Shown here: positions 18,153-28,146 of the stretch, one piece after another | How positions within the stretch are numbered: the first letter of the stretch is position 1 | Layout of the letters: the number at the start of each line of letters is the position of its first letter | From: Candidatus Velthaea sp. | GTDB lineage: Bacteria; Vulcanimicrobiota; Vulcanimicrobiia; Vulcanimicrobiales; Vulcanimicrobiaceae | Length of the DNA stretch: 44,670 nt | NCBI GenBank assembly: GCA_050012475.1 | Contig: JBEKHC010000035.1 | Location: forward strand, 1 to 44,670 | Reading direction: 5' to 3' | Translations under genes and position numbers: made by a program | The notes under the pieces: generated by a model | What the model saw: only the letters and a program-made list of their open reading frames with translations | Database searches by the model: none | What the model was told of the DNA's origin: nothing

Positions 18153-19478
18153 ATGCTCGAGGCTCTGAGCGAGCGCTTAGGCGCGATCTTCGGCCGGATG
18201 TCCAACCGCGGCCGTCTCACCGAGACGGACGTCGCTGAAGTCTTGCGTGAAGTTCGCGTCGCTCTGCTCGAAGCCGACGTCTCGCTCAAGGTCGCCAAAG
18301 ACTTCGTCAACGCGATCAAAGAAAAGGCGACCGGCGTCGATGTCGCCGCATCGCTGACGCCGGCCCAAACCATCATCAAGATCGTCCACGACGAACTCGT
18401 CGAACTCATGGGCGGCGCGCAAGCGCGGCTCACGTACAGCGACGCGCCGCCGACGATCTACATGCTCGTCGGTTTGCAAGGCTCGGGCAAGACGACGCAC
18501 GCGGGCAAGATCGCGCTGCGCCTCAAGGAGCAGGGCCGCCGGACGCTCCTGGTTGCTGCCGACGTCTACCGGCCCGCGGCGATCGCACAACTCCAAACGT
18601 TGGGCAAGCAAATCGACCTGCCGGTCTTTGCCGCCGGCCAGGGCGATCCGGTTCAAATCGCGCGTGACGGCGTCGCCGAAGCTAAGCGCCTAGGCATCCC
18701 GACCGTCATCATCGACACGGCCGGGCGTCTGCAGATCGACGACGCGCTGATGCTCGAACTGGAAAACATCAAAGCCGCGGTGCATCCGATCGAGATTCTG
18801 TTCGTCGCCGATTCGATGACCGGTCAGGAAGCCACCAACGTTGCGAAGGTCTTCAACGACCGGCTGGGCATCACGGGCGTCGTGCTCACCAAGATGGATG
18901 GCGATTCGCGCGGCGGCGCTGCGCTCTCCATTCACAAAATTACTGGGGCGCCGATCAAGTTCGTCGGCGTCGGCGAAAAGCTCAGCGCGCTCGAGCCGTT
19001 TTATCCCGACCGGCTGGCCAAGCGCATCTTGGGCATGGGCGACGTGCTCACGCTCATCGAGCGAACGCAGGCGGTCTATACCGAGCAGCAAGCCAAAGAC
19101 ATCGCGCAAAAGCTGCGCAAGTCGGAATTCACGCTCGACGACTTTCTCGAGCAATTGCGTCAGGTTCGCAAGATGGGCTCGATGAACGACATCATGAAGA
19201 TGATTCCGGGTTTGTCGAAGGCGTTGCCCAATGTCGACATTGATGAGCGCGACGTCAAGAAGGTCGAAGCGATCATCTGTTCCATGACGCGGCGTGAGCG
19301 GTCGCGTCCGGAGATTCTTAATGGGTCTCGGCGGAAGCGGATTGCGGCTGGGAGTGGGACGCAGGTTGCGGATGTTAATCGGTTGGTGAAGCAGTTTGAG
19401 GCTTCTCGGCAGATGATGAAGCAGCTTGGGGGTGGGCGCGGGTTGCGGGGGTTGAAGTTGCCTGGGTTGGGGAAGTGA
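18153..19478 (+). CDS. ffh: Signal recognition particle protein
   Basis: GLQGSGKTT, DVYRPAA, DTAGR, TKMDGD.RGG, Met-rich M domain, SRRKRIAAGSG. Confidence 0.97.
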   Translation: MLEALSERLGAIFGRMSNRGRLTETDVAEVLREVRVALLEADVSLKVAKDFVNAIKEKATGVDVAASLTPAQTIIKIVHDELVELMGGAQARLTYSDAPPTIYMLVGLQGSGKTTHAGKIALRLKEQGRRTLLVAADVYRPAAIAQLQTLGKQIDLPVFAAGQGDPVQIARDGVAEAKRLGIPTVIIDTAGRLQIDDALMLELENIKAAVHPIEILFVADSMTGQEATNVAKVFNDRLGITGVVLTKMDGDSRGGAALSIHKITGAPIKFVGVGEKLSALEPFYPDRLAKRILGMGDVLTLIERTQAVYTEQQAKDIAQKLRKSEFTLDDFLEQLRQVRKMGSMNDIMKMIPGLSKALPNVDIDERDVKKVEAIICSMTRRERSRPEILNGSRRKRIAAGSGTQVADVNRLVKQFEASRQMMKQLGGGRGLRGLKLPGLGK

Positions 19479-19494
19479 CCCCGGTTGGTGGCGG

Positions 19495-19640
19495 GCTTGG
19501 GGCGGGGTCTTGGCCGGTGGCCGGGACGCCCGCGATTTCCCATCCTTGGGAAATCGCTGCTACCGAAAAATTCGCTCTCGCCATCCTGGCTTCGCGAATT
19601 TGTTCGAGTCCCGGCCACCGGCCAAGACCCCGCCCCAAGC
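19495..19640. repeat. Perfect 33-bp inverted repeat around an 80-bp core with two inner hairpins (MITE-like or structured element)
   Basis: GCTTGGGGCGGGGTCTTGGCCGGTGGCCGGGAC (19495-19527) and its exact reverse complement (19608-19640); inner GCGATTTCCC/GGGAAATCGC and AATTCGC/GCGAATT. Confidence 0.9.
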
Positions 19641-19689
19641 ATCAGGCCGGTGGGTGGCGGCCTCCACCCACGTGGGGTGGTGCGGGCCG

Positions 19690-19895
19690 GTGGACCGCTG
19701 GTGCGCTTGACCGTTGCTGCGCTCCGGGTGGGGGGCGAGTTCGTGGACCGCGGGTGCGCTTGGCCGTCGCTGTACTCCGGCGTGGGACGAGTTGGTGGAC
19801 CGCGGGTGCGCTTGGCCGTCGCTGTACTCCGGCGTGGGGCGAGTTGGTGGACCGCGCAGGTACGCTCGGCCGTCGCTGTGCTCCGGCGTGGGGTT
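19690..19895 (+). repeat. Tandem repeat, four copies of about 52 bp
   Basis: Units GTGGACCGCGGGTGCGCTTGGCCGTCGCTGTACTCCGGCGTGGG(A/G)CGAGTTG start at 19690, 19743, 19795, 19847; outer copies diverged. Confidence 0.9.
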
Positions 19896-19976
19896 GGCGA
19901 GCGGGCTATGGCGGGGCGAAGATTTTACACTGAAAGTGCCACGTTTTTGTGGGCTGGCTAGATAGAGAGTAAGGTT

Positions 19977-20270
19977 ATGGTTCGTATACGGTTGCGTCGG
20001 ATGGGCGCGAAGAAACAGCCGACGTATCGGTTCGTCGTGAGTGATGCGCGGTCGCCCCGGGATGGGCGCTTTATCGAGATTTTGGGACACTATAATCCGC
20101 GGACGGAGCCCAAGACGGTTGTCGTGAACGCCGACAAGGCCAAGGAGTGGATTGCCAAGGGTGCGCAGCCGTCCGATCCGGTTCGGCGGTTGTTTGCCGA
20201 GCTTGGTATCGTGGAGCGCGGTTTCGTGCCTGAGACCAAACGCCGGCCTAAGTCGGAGAAGTCCGAGTAG
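19977..20270 (+). CDS. rpsP: 30S ribosomal protein S16
   Basis: [44 protein letters not shown]. Confidence 0.97.
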   Translation: MVRIRLRRMGAKKQPTYRFVVSDARSPRDGRFIEILGHYNPRTEPKTVVVNADKAKEWIAKGAQPSDPVRRLFAELGIVERGFVPETKRRPKSEKSE

Positions 20271-20274
20271 TTTC

Positions 20275-20808
20275 GTGTCGGCTTTCGACGACGAGTTTGG
20301 CCTGTTCGGCGACGAGACTCCGGAAGAGGATGAACGCCGTTCGACGCTGGGGGCGCGCAAAATCGCCACCGGTGAAACCATCATTGACGAGATCGAACCT
20401 GAAGACGAGCGGCCTGCCCGTCCGCGCCGCAACAGCGGCAGCGGCGAGCGGTTTGTTCCGCGCGAGCGGCCATCGCGTCAGCCGGCCGATCCAGCCGCAA
20501 CCCAGGCGCGTGCGGCCGGGCTGCTCGAGTTTTTGGCCAAGAAGCTCGTCACGAGTCCGGACAAGGTCGTTGTCCGGCAGACCGAGGGTGACCGCGGACC
20601 GATCATCGAGCTGGAAGTCGATCCCGACGATCTGGGCAAGGTCATTGGCCGCGGCGGCCGGGTTGCGCAAGCGCTGCGCACGCTGGTTCGCGCGAGCGCC
20701 GAAGGCCGGGTGATCGTTGACATCGTCGACGTCGATCAAGACGACGTCGAAGAAGAGTCGGATCTCGAGCATACCCCGCCCGCTGACGAGGCCTCCGCAG
20801 ACGAGTGA
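20275..20808 (+). CDS. khpA: KH-domain RNA-binding protein (KhpA/YlqC type) with long terminal extensions
   Basis: ELEVDPDDLGKVIGRGGRVAQALRTLV; conserved position between rpsP and rimM; GTG at 20275. Confidence 0.88.
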   Translation: MSAFDDEFGLFGDETPEEDERRSTLGARKIATGETIIDEIEPEDERPARPRRNSGSGERFVPRERPSRQPADPAATQARAAGLLEFLAKKLVTSPDKVVVRQTEGDRGPIIELEVDPDDLGKVIGRGGRVAQALRTLVRASAEGRVIVDIVDVDQDDVEEESDLEHTPPADEASADE

Positions 20809-20809
20809 G

Positions 20810-21319
20810 GTGAGCGCCGGCCGCATCGTCGGCGTATTCGGTTTGCGCGGCGAGTGTAAGATCGACGCGACCCGCGTCGGCGCGGATACACTGGGCCGCG
20901 GCTGCGCGGTGCGTGCGCGGCTGGCGGACGGTTCGCAACGCGAACTGCGCGTGCGCGCTACGCGCTTGCACAAAGGCCGGCCGCTGGCGGCGTTCGAGGG
21001 CGTCGAGGATGCAAACGCCGCCGAAACCCTCGTCGGCGCGACGCTGGGGCTCGACCGCGCCGATGTCGTCTTGTCGTCGGGCGAATATCTCGACGCGGAT
21101 CTGGTCGGCTGCCGGCTCGTCGATGACGGCGGCACGGCGGTCGGCGAAGTGGTCGCGGTCGAACACTATCCGGCTCAAGACATGCTCGTCGTCGGCACCG
21201 CCCGCGCGTTGGTACCACTGGTGGCGGCCTTCGTCCGTTCCATCGACGTTGCCCGGAAATGCATCGTCGTGAATCTGCCGTCCGGACTGCTCGACGACCG
21301 GGAAGCGGACTCCGGTTAG
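20810..21319 (+). CDS. rimM: Ribosome maturation factor RimM
   Basis: AGRIVGVFGLRGE, EYLDADLVGC, LVPLVAAFV..ID, NLPSGLLD. Confidence 0.92.
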   Translation: MSAGRIVGVFGLRGECKIDATRVGADTLGRGCAVRARLADGSQRELRVRATRLHKGRPLAAFEGVEDANAAETLVGATLGLDRADVVLSSGEYLDADLVGCRLVDDGGTAVGEVVAVEHYPAQDMLVVGTARALVPLVAAFVRSIDVARKCIVVNLPSGLLDDREADSG

Positions 21320-21434
21320 GGTCGGGGCCAAGCCGCTGCGGCGTTGTGCTTCGTGACGGCCGCAGACGCGTTGCACTGGCCCGGTGTGCCTCGGATGGTC
21401 CCGGTCGGGCGCGTGACGTGGGCGGCTCGCTGCA

Positions 21435-22427
21435 TTAGACGGCTTCGAGTGGTGCGGGTTCGGCTTCGGGGGCCGGCGCGGCCGGAGTTCGCGACGCGAG
21501 CAGCTCCCCCACGATGCCGCGCCGTGCCCCCGCGAGAATGACGATCGCGAAGATCGTGCCCATCACGATATTCGTCTTGTCGCCGATCGCGGTTTTCGAG
21601 ACGAAATACTCGAGCGACTCGTAGAGCCCGGCGCCGGCGATCGCGCCGTAGAGCGTGCCGATGCCGCCCAGGATCGTCATCATGACGACCTTGCCCGACG
21701 TGTGCCAATCGACCACGTCGAGGCCGACGAGCCGGTTGTTGAGCGCGAAGAGCGCGCCCGCGAGCCCCGACATCGCGCCCGACATCACGAACGCGATGAG
21801 TTTGAAGCGCGCCGTGTCGTAGCCGATCGAACGCGCCCGCTGTTCGTTGTCGCGCATCGCGGTGAGAACCAGACCGAAGGGCGAACTGACGACCCGAAGC
21901 ACGAAGGCAAAGCACAGCGCGCCGATCGCGAGCACGACGAAATAGAAGACGCGGTCGTTCTCCAGGCTCAACCCGGCCAGCGTTCCGCGCGACCCGAACT
22001 GCAGGCCGTTCTCGCCGCCGGTGAGATCGTGCCATTGAAAGACCACGAAATACTGAAGCTGGGCGAGCGCCAGCGTGATCATCGCAAAATAGATGCCGGT
22101 GCTGCGGATCGAGAGCGCGCCGACCACGAGCGCCGCCAGCCCCGCATACACCGTACCAGCGATAACGCCCAGCATTGGCGAAAAGTGGCCGTTGATCACG
22201 GCAATGGCCGTCACGTACGCGGCGCCGCCCCAGAACATCGCGTGACCGAACGACAGCAGTCCCGTGAATCCCAGCAGCAGATCGAACGCGACTGCGAAGA
22301 GCGCGTAGCAGACCAGATTCGTCGCGAACACGGTGTAGATACCGTGCACGAACGGCAGAACGATGCCGACGAGCAGGGCGGCGAGCGCGAAGCGGCGTCC
22401 GCGTGCGCCGCGCAGCGCCGCCGTCAC
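21435..22427 (-). CDS. livM: Branched-chain amino acid type ABC transporter permease (LivM-like)
   Basis: LLLGFTGLLSFGHAMFWG, YFAMITLA, TGGENG, SPFG..L.AMRDNE, ILGGIGT; GTG overlaps livH stop. Confidence 0.9.
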   Translation of the reverse strand: MTAALRGARGRRFALAALLVGIVLPFVHGIYTVFATNLVCYALFAVAFDLLLGFTGLLSFGHAMFWGGAAYVTAIAVINGHFSPMLGVIAGTVYAGLAALVVGALSIRSTGIYFAMITLALAQLQYFVVFQWHDLTGGENGLQFGSRGTLAGLSLENDRVFYFVVLAIGALCFAFVLRVVSSPFGLVLTAMRDNEQRARSIGYDTARFKLIAFVMSGAMSGLAGALFALNNRLVGLDVVDWHTSGKVVMMTILGGIGTLYGAIAGAGLYESLEYFVSKTAIGDKTNIVMGTIFAIVILAGARRGIVGELLASRTPAAPAPEAEPAPLEAV

Positions 22428-23302
22428 TTTGCGCCCTCCGATTTGCCGAACAGCCCGCTGGGGCGGAACAGCAGGACGACGGCCATCAAGATGAACGGCA
22501 GCGTCGTCGAGATCGGCGGGTAGTACACCGCGCCGATCGCCGTAATCACACCGATGATGAACCCGGTGACGATCGAGCCCAGGATCGAACCCATTCCGCC
22601 GATGACGACGATCGCGAACGTCGTGATGATGATCGCGTCTCCCATGTCCGGAACGACGTTGGTGTTGGGCGCGGCGAGCACGCCCGCTAAGGCTGCGAGG
22701 CCGACGCCCGCGCCGAAGGTGATCGTGACGAGCAAATCGACGTCGATCCCGAGCGCCCGCGCGATCGCCGGGTTCTCCGTTGCGGCGCGCAGCCGCGCGC
22801 CCAGCGGCGTTCGTTCCGTGACGAACCAGACCGCGAAGCAAGTGACGAGCGAAACGGCGACCACGAAGAGCCGGTAGGTCGGATAGACCGTGAAGCCGAG
22901 GTTGGTGGCTCCCGAGAGCCAGTCGGGCGCGCTATACGGCGAGCCCAGCGAGCCCGCGAACAGCCGCATGACGTCTTCGATCACGAGCACCAGAGCAAAC
23001 GTCAGCAGCAAGTTGTACAGCGGGTCGAGCCGGTACAAGCGGCGCAGGAGCAGGCGCTCGAGGATGATGCCGAAGCCGCCGACGAGCAGCGGCGCGAGGA
23101 ACAGCGCGGCGAGGAACGGCAGCCCGAAGAGCTGACCGCCGTAATATGCCACAAACGCACCGAGCATGTACATCGCGCCGTGCGCGAAATTGACGACGCG
23201 CAAGAGACCGAAGATCACGCTGAGGCCGAGCGCGAGCAAGGCGTAGAATCCGCCTTGCACGAGCCCGTTGAAAAACTGAGTGCCGTAGTAGGCGGAATCC
23301 AT
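22424..23302 (-). CDS. livH: Branched-chain amino acid type ABC transporter permease (LivH-like)
   Basis: YALLALGLSVIFG..RVVNFAHG, TPLGARLRA, VVIGGMGSI.G, RPSGLFG. Confidence 0.92.
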   Translation of the reverse strand: MDSAYYGTQFFNGLVQGGFYALLALGLSVIFGLLRVVNFAHGAMYMLGAFVAYYGGQLFGLPFLAALFLAPLLVGGFGIILERLLLRRLYRLDPLYNLLLTFALVLVIEDVMRLFAGSLGSPYSAPDWLSGATNLGFTVYPTYRLFVVAVSLVTCFAVWFVTERTPLGARLRAATENPAIARALGIDVDLLVTITFGAGVGLAALAGVLAAPNTNVVPDMGDAIIITTFAIVVIGGMGSILGSIVTGFIIGVITAIGAVYYPPISTTLPFILMAVVLLFRPSGLFGKSEGAK

Positions 23303-23320
23303 GCGGATGCCGGACCGCGC

Positions 23321-24553
23321 CTACCAGTCCTTGGTGCAGACCGACTGCGACTCCGGCCGAAAGGCTCGATTCGGCGAGATGGTTTCGACGATGTTGAACC
23401 AAGCGTGCGGCGCTTTGAGCTTGTCTTTGGGCAAAATGTCGACCACGTACATGTCGTGCACGACGCTATGATCGCGCGCACGCCATTGGCCGTTGTGCAC
23501 GTAGAAATCGTTGAATTTGCGGCCGTCCAAGTAGCTGACGATCTTGTCGGGATCGCTGCCGCCGGTGGCTTTGACGGCATTGAGATATTGGATGGTGGCC
23601 GAGTAGTCCGAGGCTTGGACGTCGGTCGGCCGAATACCGCCGCCGACGGCCTTCGTCCATTTGTCGGCCCAAGCGCGCGACGCTGCATCTTCGTCCCAAT
23701 ACCAAGACGTCGTGATGCGCGAACCCGTGAACACGTCGGGCAAGGCATCGACGTCGGCGAGAAACAGCAAGCCGATCGCGACTTTCATGTCTTTGTTCAA
23801 CCCGAATTGGGCGGCGGCTTTGGCGGTGTTGACCATGTCCGCGCCCGCGCTGAAAATTCCCAACACTTGCGGCTTGGCGTTTTTTGCCGCCAGCACGTAT
23901 GAAGAAAAATCGGTGGTTCCCAGCGGCGCGCCGTCGGCCTTGACGATGCTGCCGCCTTGCGCCTTCACCGCGTCGCTGAAATCGGCGAGCATCTGCGTGC
24001 CGAACGCATAGGTCGGATAGATCGCGTACCACGTCTTGCCGTTCTTTTGCGCAGCGATATTTGTCCCGGTCGAGTGAGCGAGAGCGTACGTATCGTACGC
24101 GTAGTGATAGGTGTACTTGTCGCAGTTCGCCCCGGTGAGCGCCGAAGATCCGCCGCCGGTCACGATGACGAGTTTGTGCTTCTCCTTGCCGACTGCCGAA
24201 ACGGCGAGCGCGGTGCCCGAATTGGTGAGGTCGAGCGCGAGATCTCCGCCGTCGTCGAAGAATTCGCGGGCCTTGGTTGCAGCGTCGGTCGGATTATTGC
24301 GATGGTCGATGGCGGTGACTTCGATCTTTTTGCCCAGGACCGAACCGCCGAAATCGTCGACCGCCATTTGGGTCGCGGTAACGGCGCCTTTCCCCGACAA
24401 GGCAGCGTACACGCCGCTCATATCGGTGATGACGGCGATCTTGATCGTGTCGCCGGACTGCGCTGCGGCCGGTGCGCGCGGCGCGGCGAATGTTACGGAA
24501 GTAATGAGAGCGATGGCCAGCGCAGCGGCCGGCCAGCGAGCAGCAAGGTTCAT
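23321..24553 (-). CDS. ABC transporter substrate-binding protein (LivJ/K family)
   Basis: Signal peptide; IKIAVITDMSGVYA..G, MAVDDFGG.VLGKKIE, PLGTTDFSSY. Confidence 0.9.
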   Translation of the reverse strand: MNLAARWPAAALAIALITSVTFAAPRAPAAAQSGDTIKIAVITDMSGVYAALSGKGAVTATQMAVDDFGGSVLGKKIEVTAIDHRNNPTDAATKAREFFDDGGDLALDLTNSGTALAVSAVGKEKHKLVIVTGGGSSALTGANCDKYTYHYAYDTYALAHSTGTNIAAQKNGKTWYAIYPTYAFGTQMLADFSDAVKAQGGSIVKADGAPLGTTDFSSYVLAAKNAKPQVLGIFSAGADMVNTAKAAAQFGLNKDMKVAIGLLFLADVDALPDVFTGSRITTSWYWDEDAASRAWADKWTKAVGGGIRPTDVQASDYSATIQYLNAVKATGGSDPDKIVSYLDGRKFNDFYVHNGQWRARDHSVVHDMYVVDILPKDKLKAPHAWFNIVETISPNRAFRPESQSVCTKDW

Positions 24554-24672
24554 GAAAGGCCTTTCGGGCAGCGCGATGTGGTCGGGAAGTTAGCCGGGGC
24601 CAGTAAAAATCTTGCAGACTTGCGGCGTGCCGGCGCAGGGTGGATTTCAGCCTCGCGGAACGAGGCGCTACG

Positions 24673-25408
24673 ATGATCCTGCAAACGCACGGTCTGTCGC
24701 GAACCTTCGCCGGTTTCACCGCCGTACGCGACGTTGCGCTCGCTGTGCGCGAGGGATCGATTCACGGGATCATCGGCCCCAACGGGGCCGGCAAGACCAC
24801 GCTGTTCAATCTGCTCTCGGGGTTTCTCGCGCCCACGAGCGGAACGATCGCCTTTCGCGGCCGCGACATCACCCGGCTCAATGCGGCGGCCGTCGCGCGC
24901 GCCGGCATCGTGCGCAGTTTCCAAATCACCAGTATCTTCGCGCACTTGTCGGTGCTCGACAACGTCCGCGTTTCGCTTGAATCGAAAACCGAACTGCCGT
25001 TTCGCTTCTGGCTTCCGGGCTCGCGGGTCGATGGCTTGACCGAGCGAGCTGCGGCGATTCTGGCCCAAGTGGGTTTGACGGCGCAGGCGCCGCTGCTCGC
25101 CGCCCAGCTTTCATACGGCCATAAACGCGCGCTCGAATTGGGGATCTCGATCGCGCAAAACCCCGCGGTGCTGTTGCTCGACGAGCCCACCGCGGGGATG
25201 GGGCGCGAAGATATCGGCCGGGTAACCGCACTCATCCGCGCGGTCGCGGCCGAGCGGACGGTCGTGCTCGTGGAGCACAATCTCAGCGTCGTTTCCGAAC
25301 TCTGTGACCGCATCACCGTGATGCAGCGCGGCTCGATTCTCGTCGAAGGAAGCTACGCCGACGTGCGCGCCGATCAGCGGGTCATCGACGCCTATCTGGG
25401 TGGCCAGC

Positions 25409-25416
<8 letters not shown>
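24673..25416 (+). CDS. livG: ABC transporter ATP-binding protein (LivG-like)
   Basis: GPNGAGKTT, RSFQIT, LSYGHKR, LLLDEPTAG, VIDAYLG. Confidence 0.92.
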
Positions 25417-26101
<685 letters not shown>

Positions 26102-26104
26102 ACG

Positions 26105-27217
26105 TTAGCTGCGTCGATTTGCAGCCGGCTCGCGAAAAAATGCCGCCACTGCATTGGCGACGACGGAGTCGACGGCGTTTCGCCAGCTGCCGTGCGCATC
26201 GTGGGCGAAGGTCCGGCGGTACACGAGATTTCCGGCGCAATCGTAGGCCAGCAGTTCGAGCGTCGCGGTCGTTTGGTGCTGGCCCAACAGCGTGTAGTTG
26301 CGGGTCGAAAGATTGCCGCCCAGCAGCGTGCCGATGTCGTTGCGGCTGCACGCGCCCTCGCGGGTGTCGCCGGCGTCGGCGACACGCCGATGGTTGGCGA
26401 TGATCTCGTTGCGGATTGCCGCGCCGGTGAACGAGCGGCGCTCGCTGGCCGCCGGACCGCCGATGACGAGCACGCCATAGTTCAAGCCGTGTCCGGCCGG
26501 CGCGCTGGGACGCGGGCTCGGCGCGGGGGTTCCCGTCGGTGCGGGCGGCGGGACCGGCGTGGCGGGCGAGGCCGTTGCGCGTGCGACGGCCGCGGCGGAT
26601 GTCGCTGACGATGGCGCGGCGGTGCGCGCCGCTGCCGGCGAGCGCTGCTTGTGGCCGAACAGCCGGCCGAGATTCGCCTGAGCCGCAGTGCCGGGAACCG
26701 GCGTCGGCGTCGGGCCGGCCCCGGGCGAAGGCGGCGCCGCATACGCGCCCAAGTTGCGCGACTGATGACGCAGCAGGGCCTCGCGCAGCACGTCGCCTTG
26801 CCCGGCAGCGTCGCCGTAGGTGCGCACCTGCGCGGTGTTGCTATAGACGACGATGCCGCTTTGCGTACTTACTAATTGCTCGACGACCGAAACGCCGTCG
26901 CCCAACGGCGTGACATAACCGGCAATATAATAGTCGGCACCCGCCGCACGCGCGGCGTCGAGAAAGTTCGGCCGTTCCACGCCCGGTGTCGCCGGTTTGA
27001 CGACGACGCCGCCGAGATTGGCGATCTGGGTGGCGATCGTGATCGCGAGCCGCGAGCCGGCTTCTTTGCCGATATCGCTTCCGTTGACGCTGAACGGGTA
27101 GACGATCAGCACCGGGGTTGCGAGAATCGTCGTTGGCGGAACGAGCGCGAGCAGCGTGAACGCGCACAGAACGGCAAACACGGCAACGACCCAGCGGCGC
27201 ACGTTGGCGGCTTCCAC
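26105..27217 (-). CDS. Hypothetical exported two-domain protein with Pro/Ala linker; first domain resembles TolB-N/CsgG-like fold
   Basis: Hydrophobic N-terminus; VLIVYPF, AARAAGADYYIAGYV pattern; start 27217 or 27202. Confidence 0.65.
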   Translation of the reverse strand: MEAANVRRWVVAVFAVLCAFTLLALVPPTTILATPVLIVYPFSVNGSDIGKEAGSRLAITIATQIANLGGVVVKPATPGVERPNFLDAARAAGADYYIAGYVTPLGDGVSVVEQLVSTQSGIVVYSNTAQVRTYGDAAGQGDVLREALLRHQSRNLGAYAAPPSPGAGPTPTPVPGTAAQANLGRLFGHKQRSPAAARTAAPSSATSAAAVARATASPATPVPPPAPTGTPAPSPRPSAPAGHGLNYGVLVIGGPAASERRSFTGAAIRNEIIANHRRVADAGDTREGACSRNDIGTLLGGNLSTRNYTLLGQHQTTATLELLAYDCAGNLVYRRTFAHDAHGSWRNAVDSVVANAVAAFFREPAANRRS

Positions 27218-27281
27218 GCTCGTTCGAGCGTTCCTTACTGGACAAGACGGCGCCGGGTCCATCGGACGCGAAACACCTGCC

Positions 27282-27782
27282 ATGATCACCGCGGACGTCG
27301 TCACGATCGTCGTGAACGGAACGATCGTGACCAGCTCTTCGCCCGCGCGGATCCGCAGCGGCCGAGTCGTCGCTCCGCTCACGCCGATCGTCGTGCGACT
27401 CGTCTCGCGCGCCGTTTATGCGCCCGCGACCTCGAGCGTCGAAATCGAGCGCAACGGGACGCGGATGGTCGTGCGCGTCGCATTCGTGGAAAACAACGTG
27501 CCGTACGTCGAACTTGCTCCCATCGTCCGCGGCATCGGCGGGAATGCGGCGTTCGATGCACCGACCAAAACGCTCGCGGTGGCGCTGGCGCCCGGCGGTC
27601 CGATCGTAACCCCATGGCCATTCGACCCCGCTGCGCCGCGCGTGCAGCCGACGACGGTGTTCACGCCGTCGCCTCCTCCGGCCACGCCGCGCAGTATCGA
27701 AACCGGCGTGCCGCGCCCCCGCCGAACGGCGATTCCGGCGCTGCCGTCGCAGCCGGCCGGTCCAGCCGAACCCGGGCTATAA
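27282..27782 (+). CDS. Copper amine oxidase N-terminal (stalk)-like domain protein with Pro-rich tail
   Basis: VTIVVNG..PARIRSGRVVAPL, YVELAPIVRGIG.NAAFD..TKTL. Confidence 0.6.
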   Translation: MITADVVTIVVNGTIVTSSSPARIRSGRVVAPLTPIVVRLVSRAVYAPATSSVEIERNGTRMVVRVAFVENNVPYVELAPIVRGIGGNAAFDAPTKTLAVALAPGGPIVTPWPFDPAAPRVQPTTVFTPSPPPATPRSIETGVPRPRRTAIPALPSQPAGPAEPGL

Positions 27783-28043
27783 CCCCGCGTCGCTGAGGAT
27801 CTTGAGCCAGTTTTGGGTGCGCGGCGCATCCCACCAGTTGGCGATCCGCGCTTCGAGCACGGGGATCGACCGAAGCCGCTTGACCGACGCTGAAACATGC
27901 TCGGGCTGGGGCGCGGTTTCGCTGAGTGCCGCGTGCAGGTCGTCGAGCGCGGCGTGGCCCTCCGCGTGGTCGCCGAGGGCCGAACGAAGTTCGTCGTAGG
28001 GCGGGTGCGGGGTCGGCGGGCGTTCGCGTTCGTTCATGACCAT
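27777..28043 (-). CDS. Small hypothetical helical protein
   Basis: HPPYDELRSALG...LEARIANWWDAPRTQNWLKILSDAGL; fills the gap between flanking genes; start 28043 or 28037. Confidence 0.65.
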   Translation of the reverse strand: MVMNERERPPTPHPPYDELRSALGDHAEGHAALDDLHAALSETAPQPEHVSASVKRLRSIPVLEARIANWWDAPRTQNWLKILSDAGL

Positions 28044-28146
28044 GACGTGCTGATACACGGCGGCCGGATTCCCCTACCGGAACGCCGGACGCGAGGACGC
28101 CGAGCGTCAGCCGGGGGCGGTTCGGAGCCGAAGCGAACACCGATTC

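Noticed and set aside
19690..19895. CRISPR array
   Set aside because: Units are contiguous near-identical copies with no unique spacers, and no cas genes are in the window
19475..19965. ORFs spanning the ffh-rpsP spacer
   Set aside because: They are translations of the repeats; a 52-bp period cannot preserve frame
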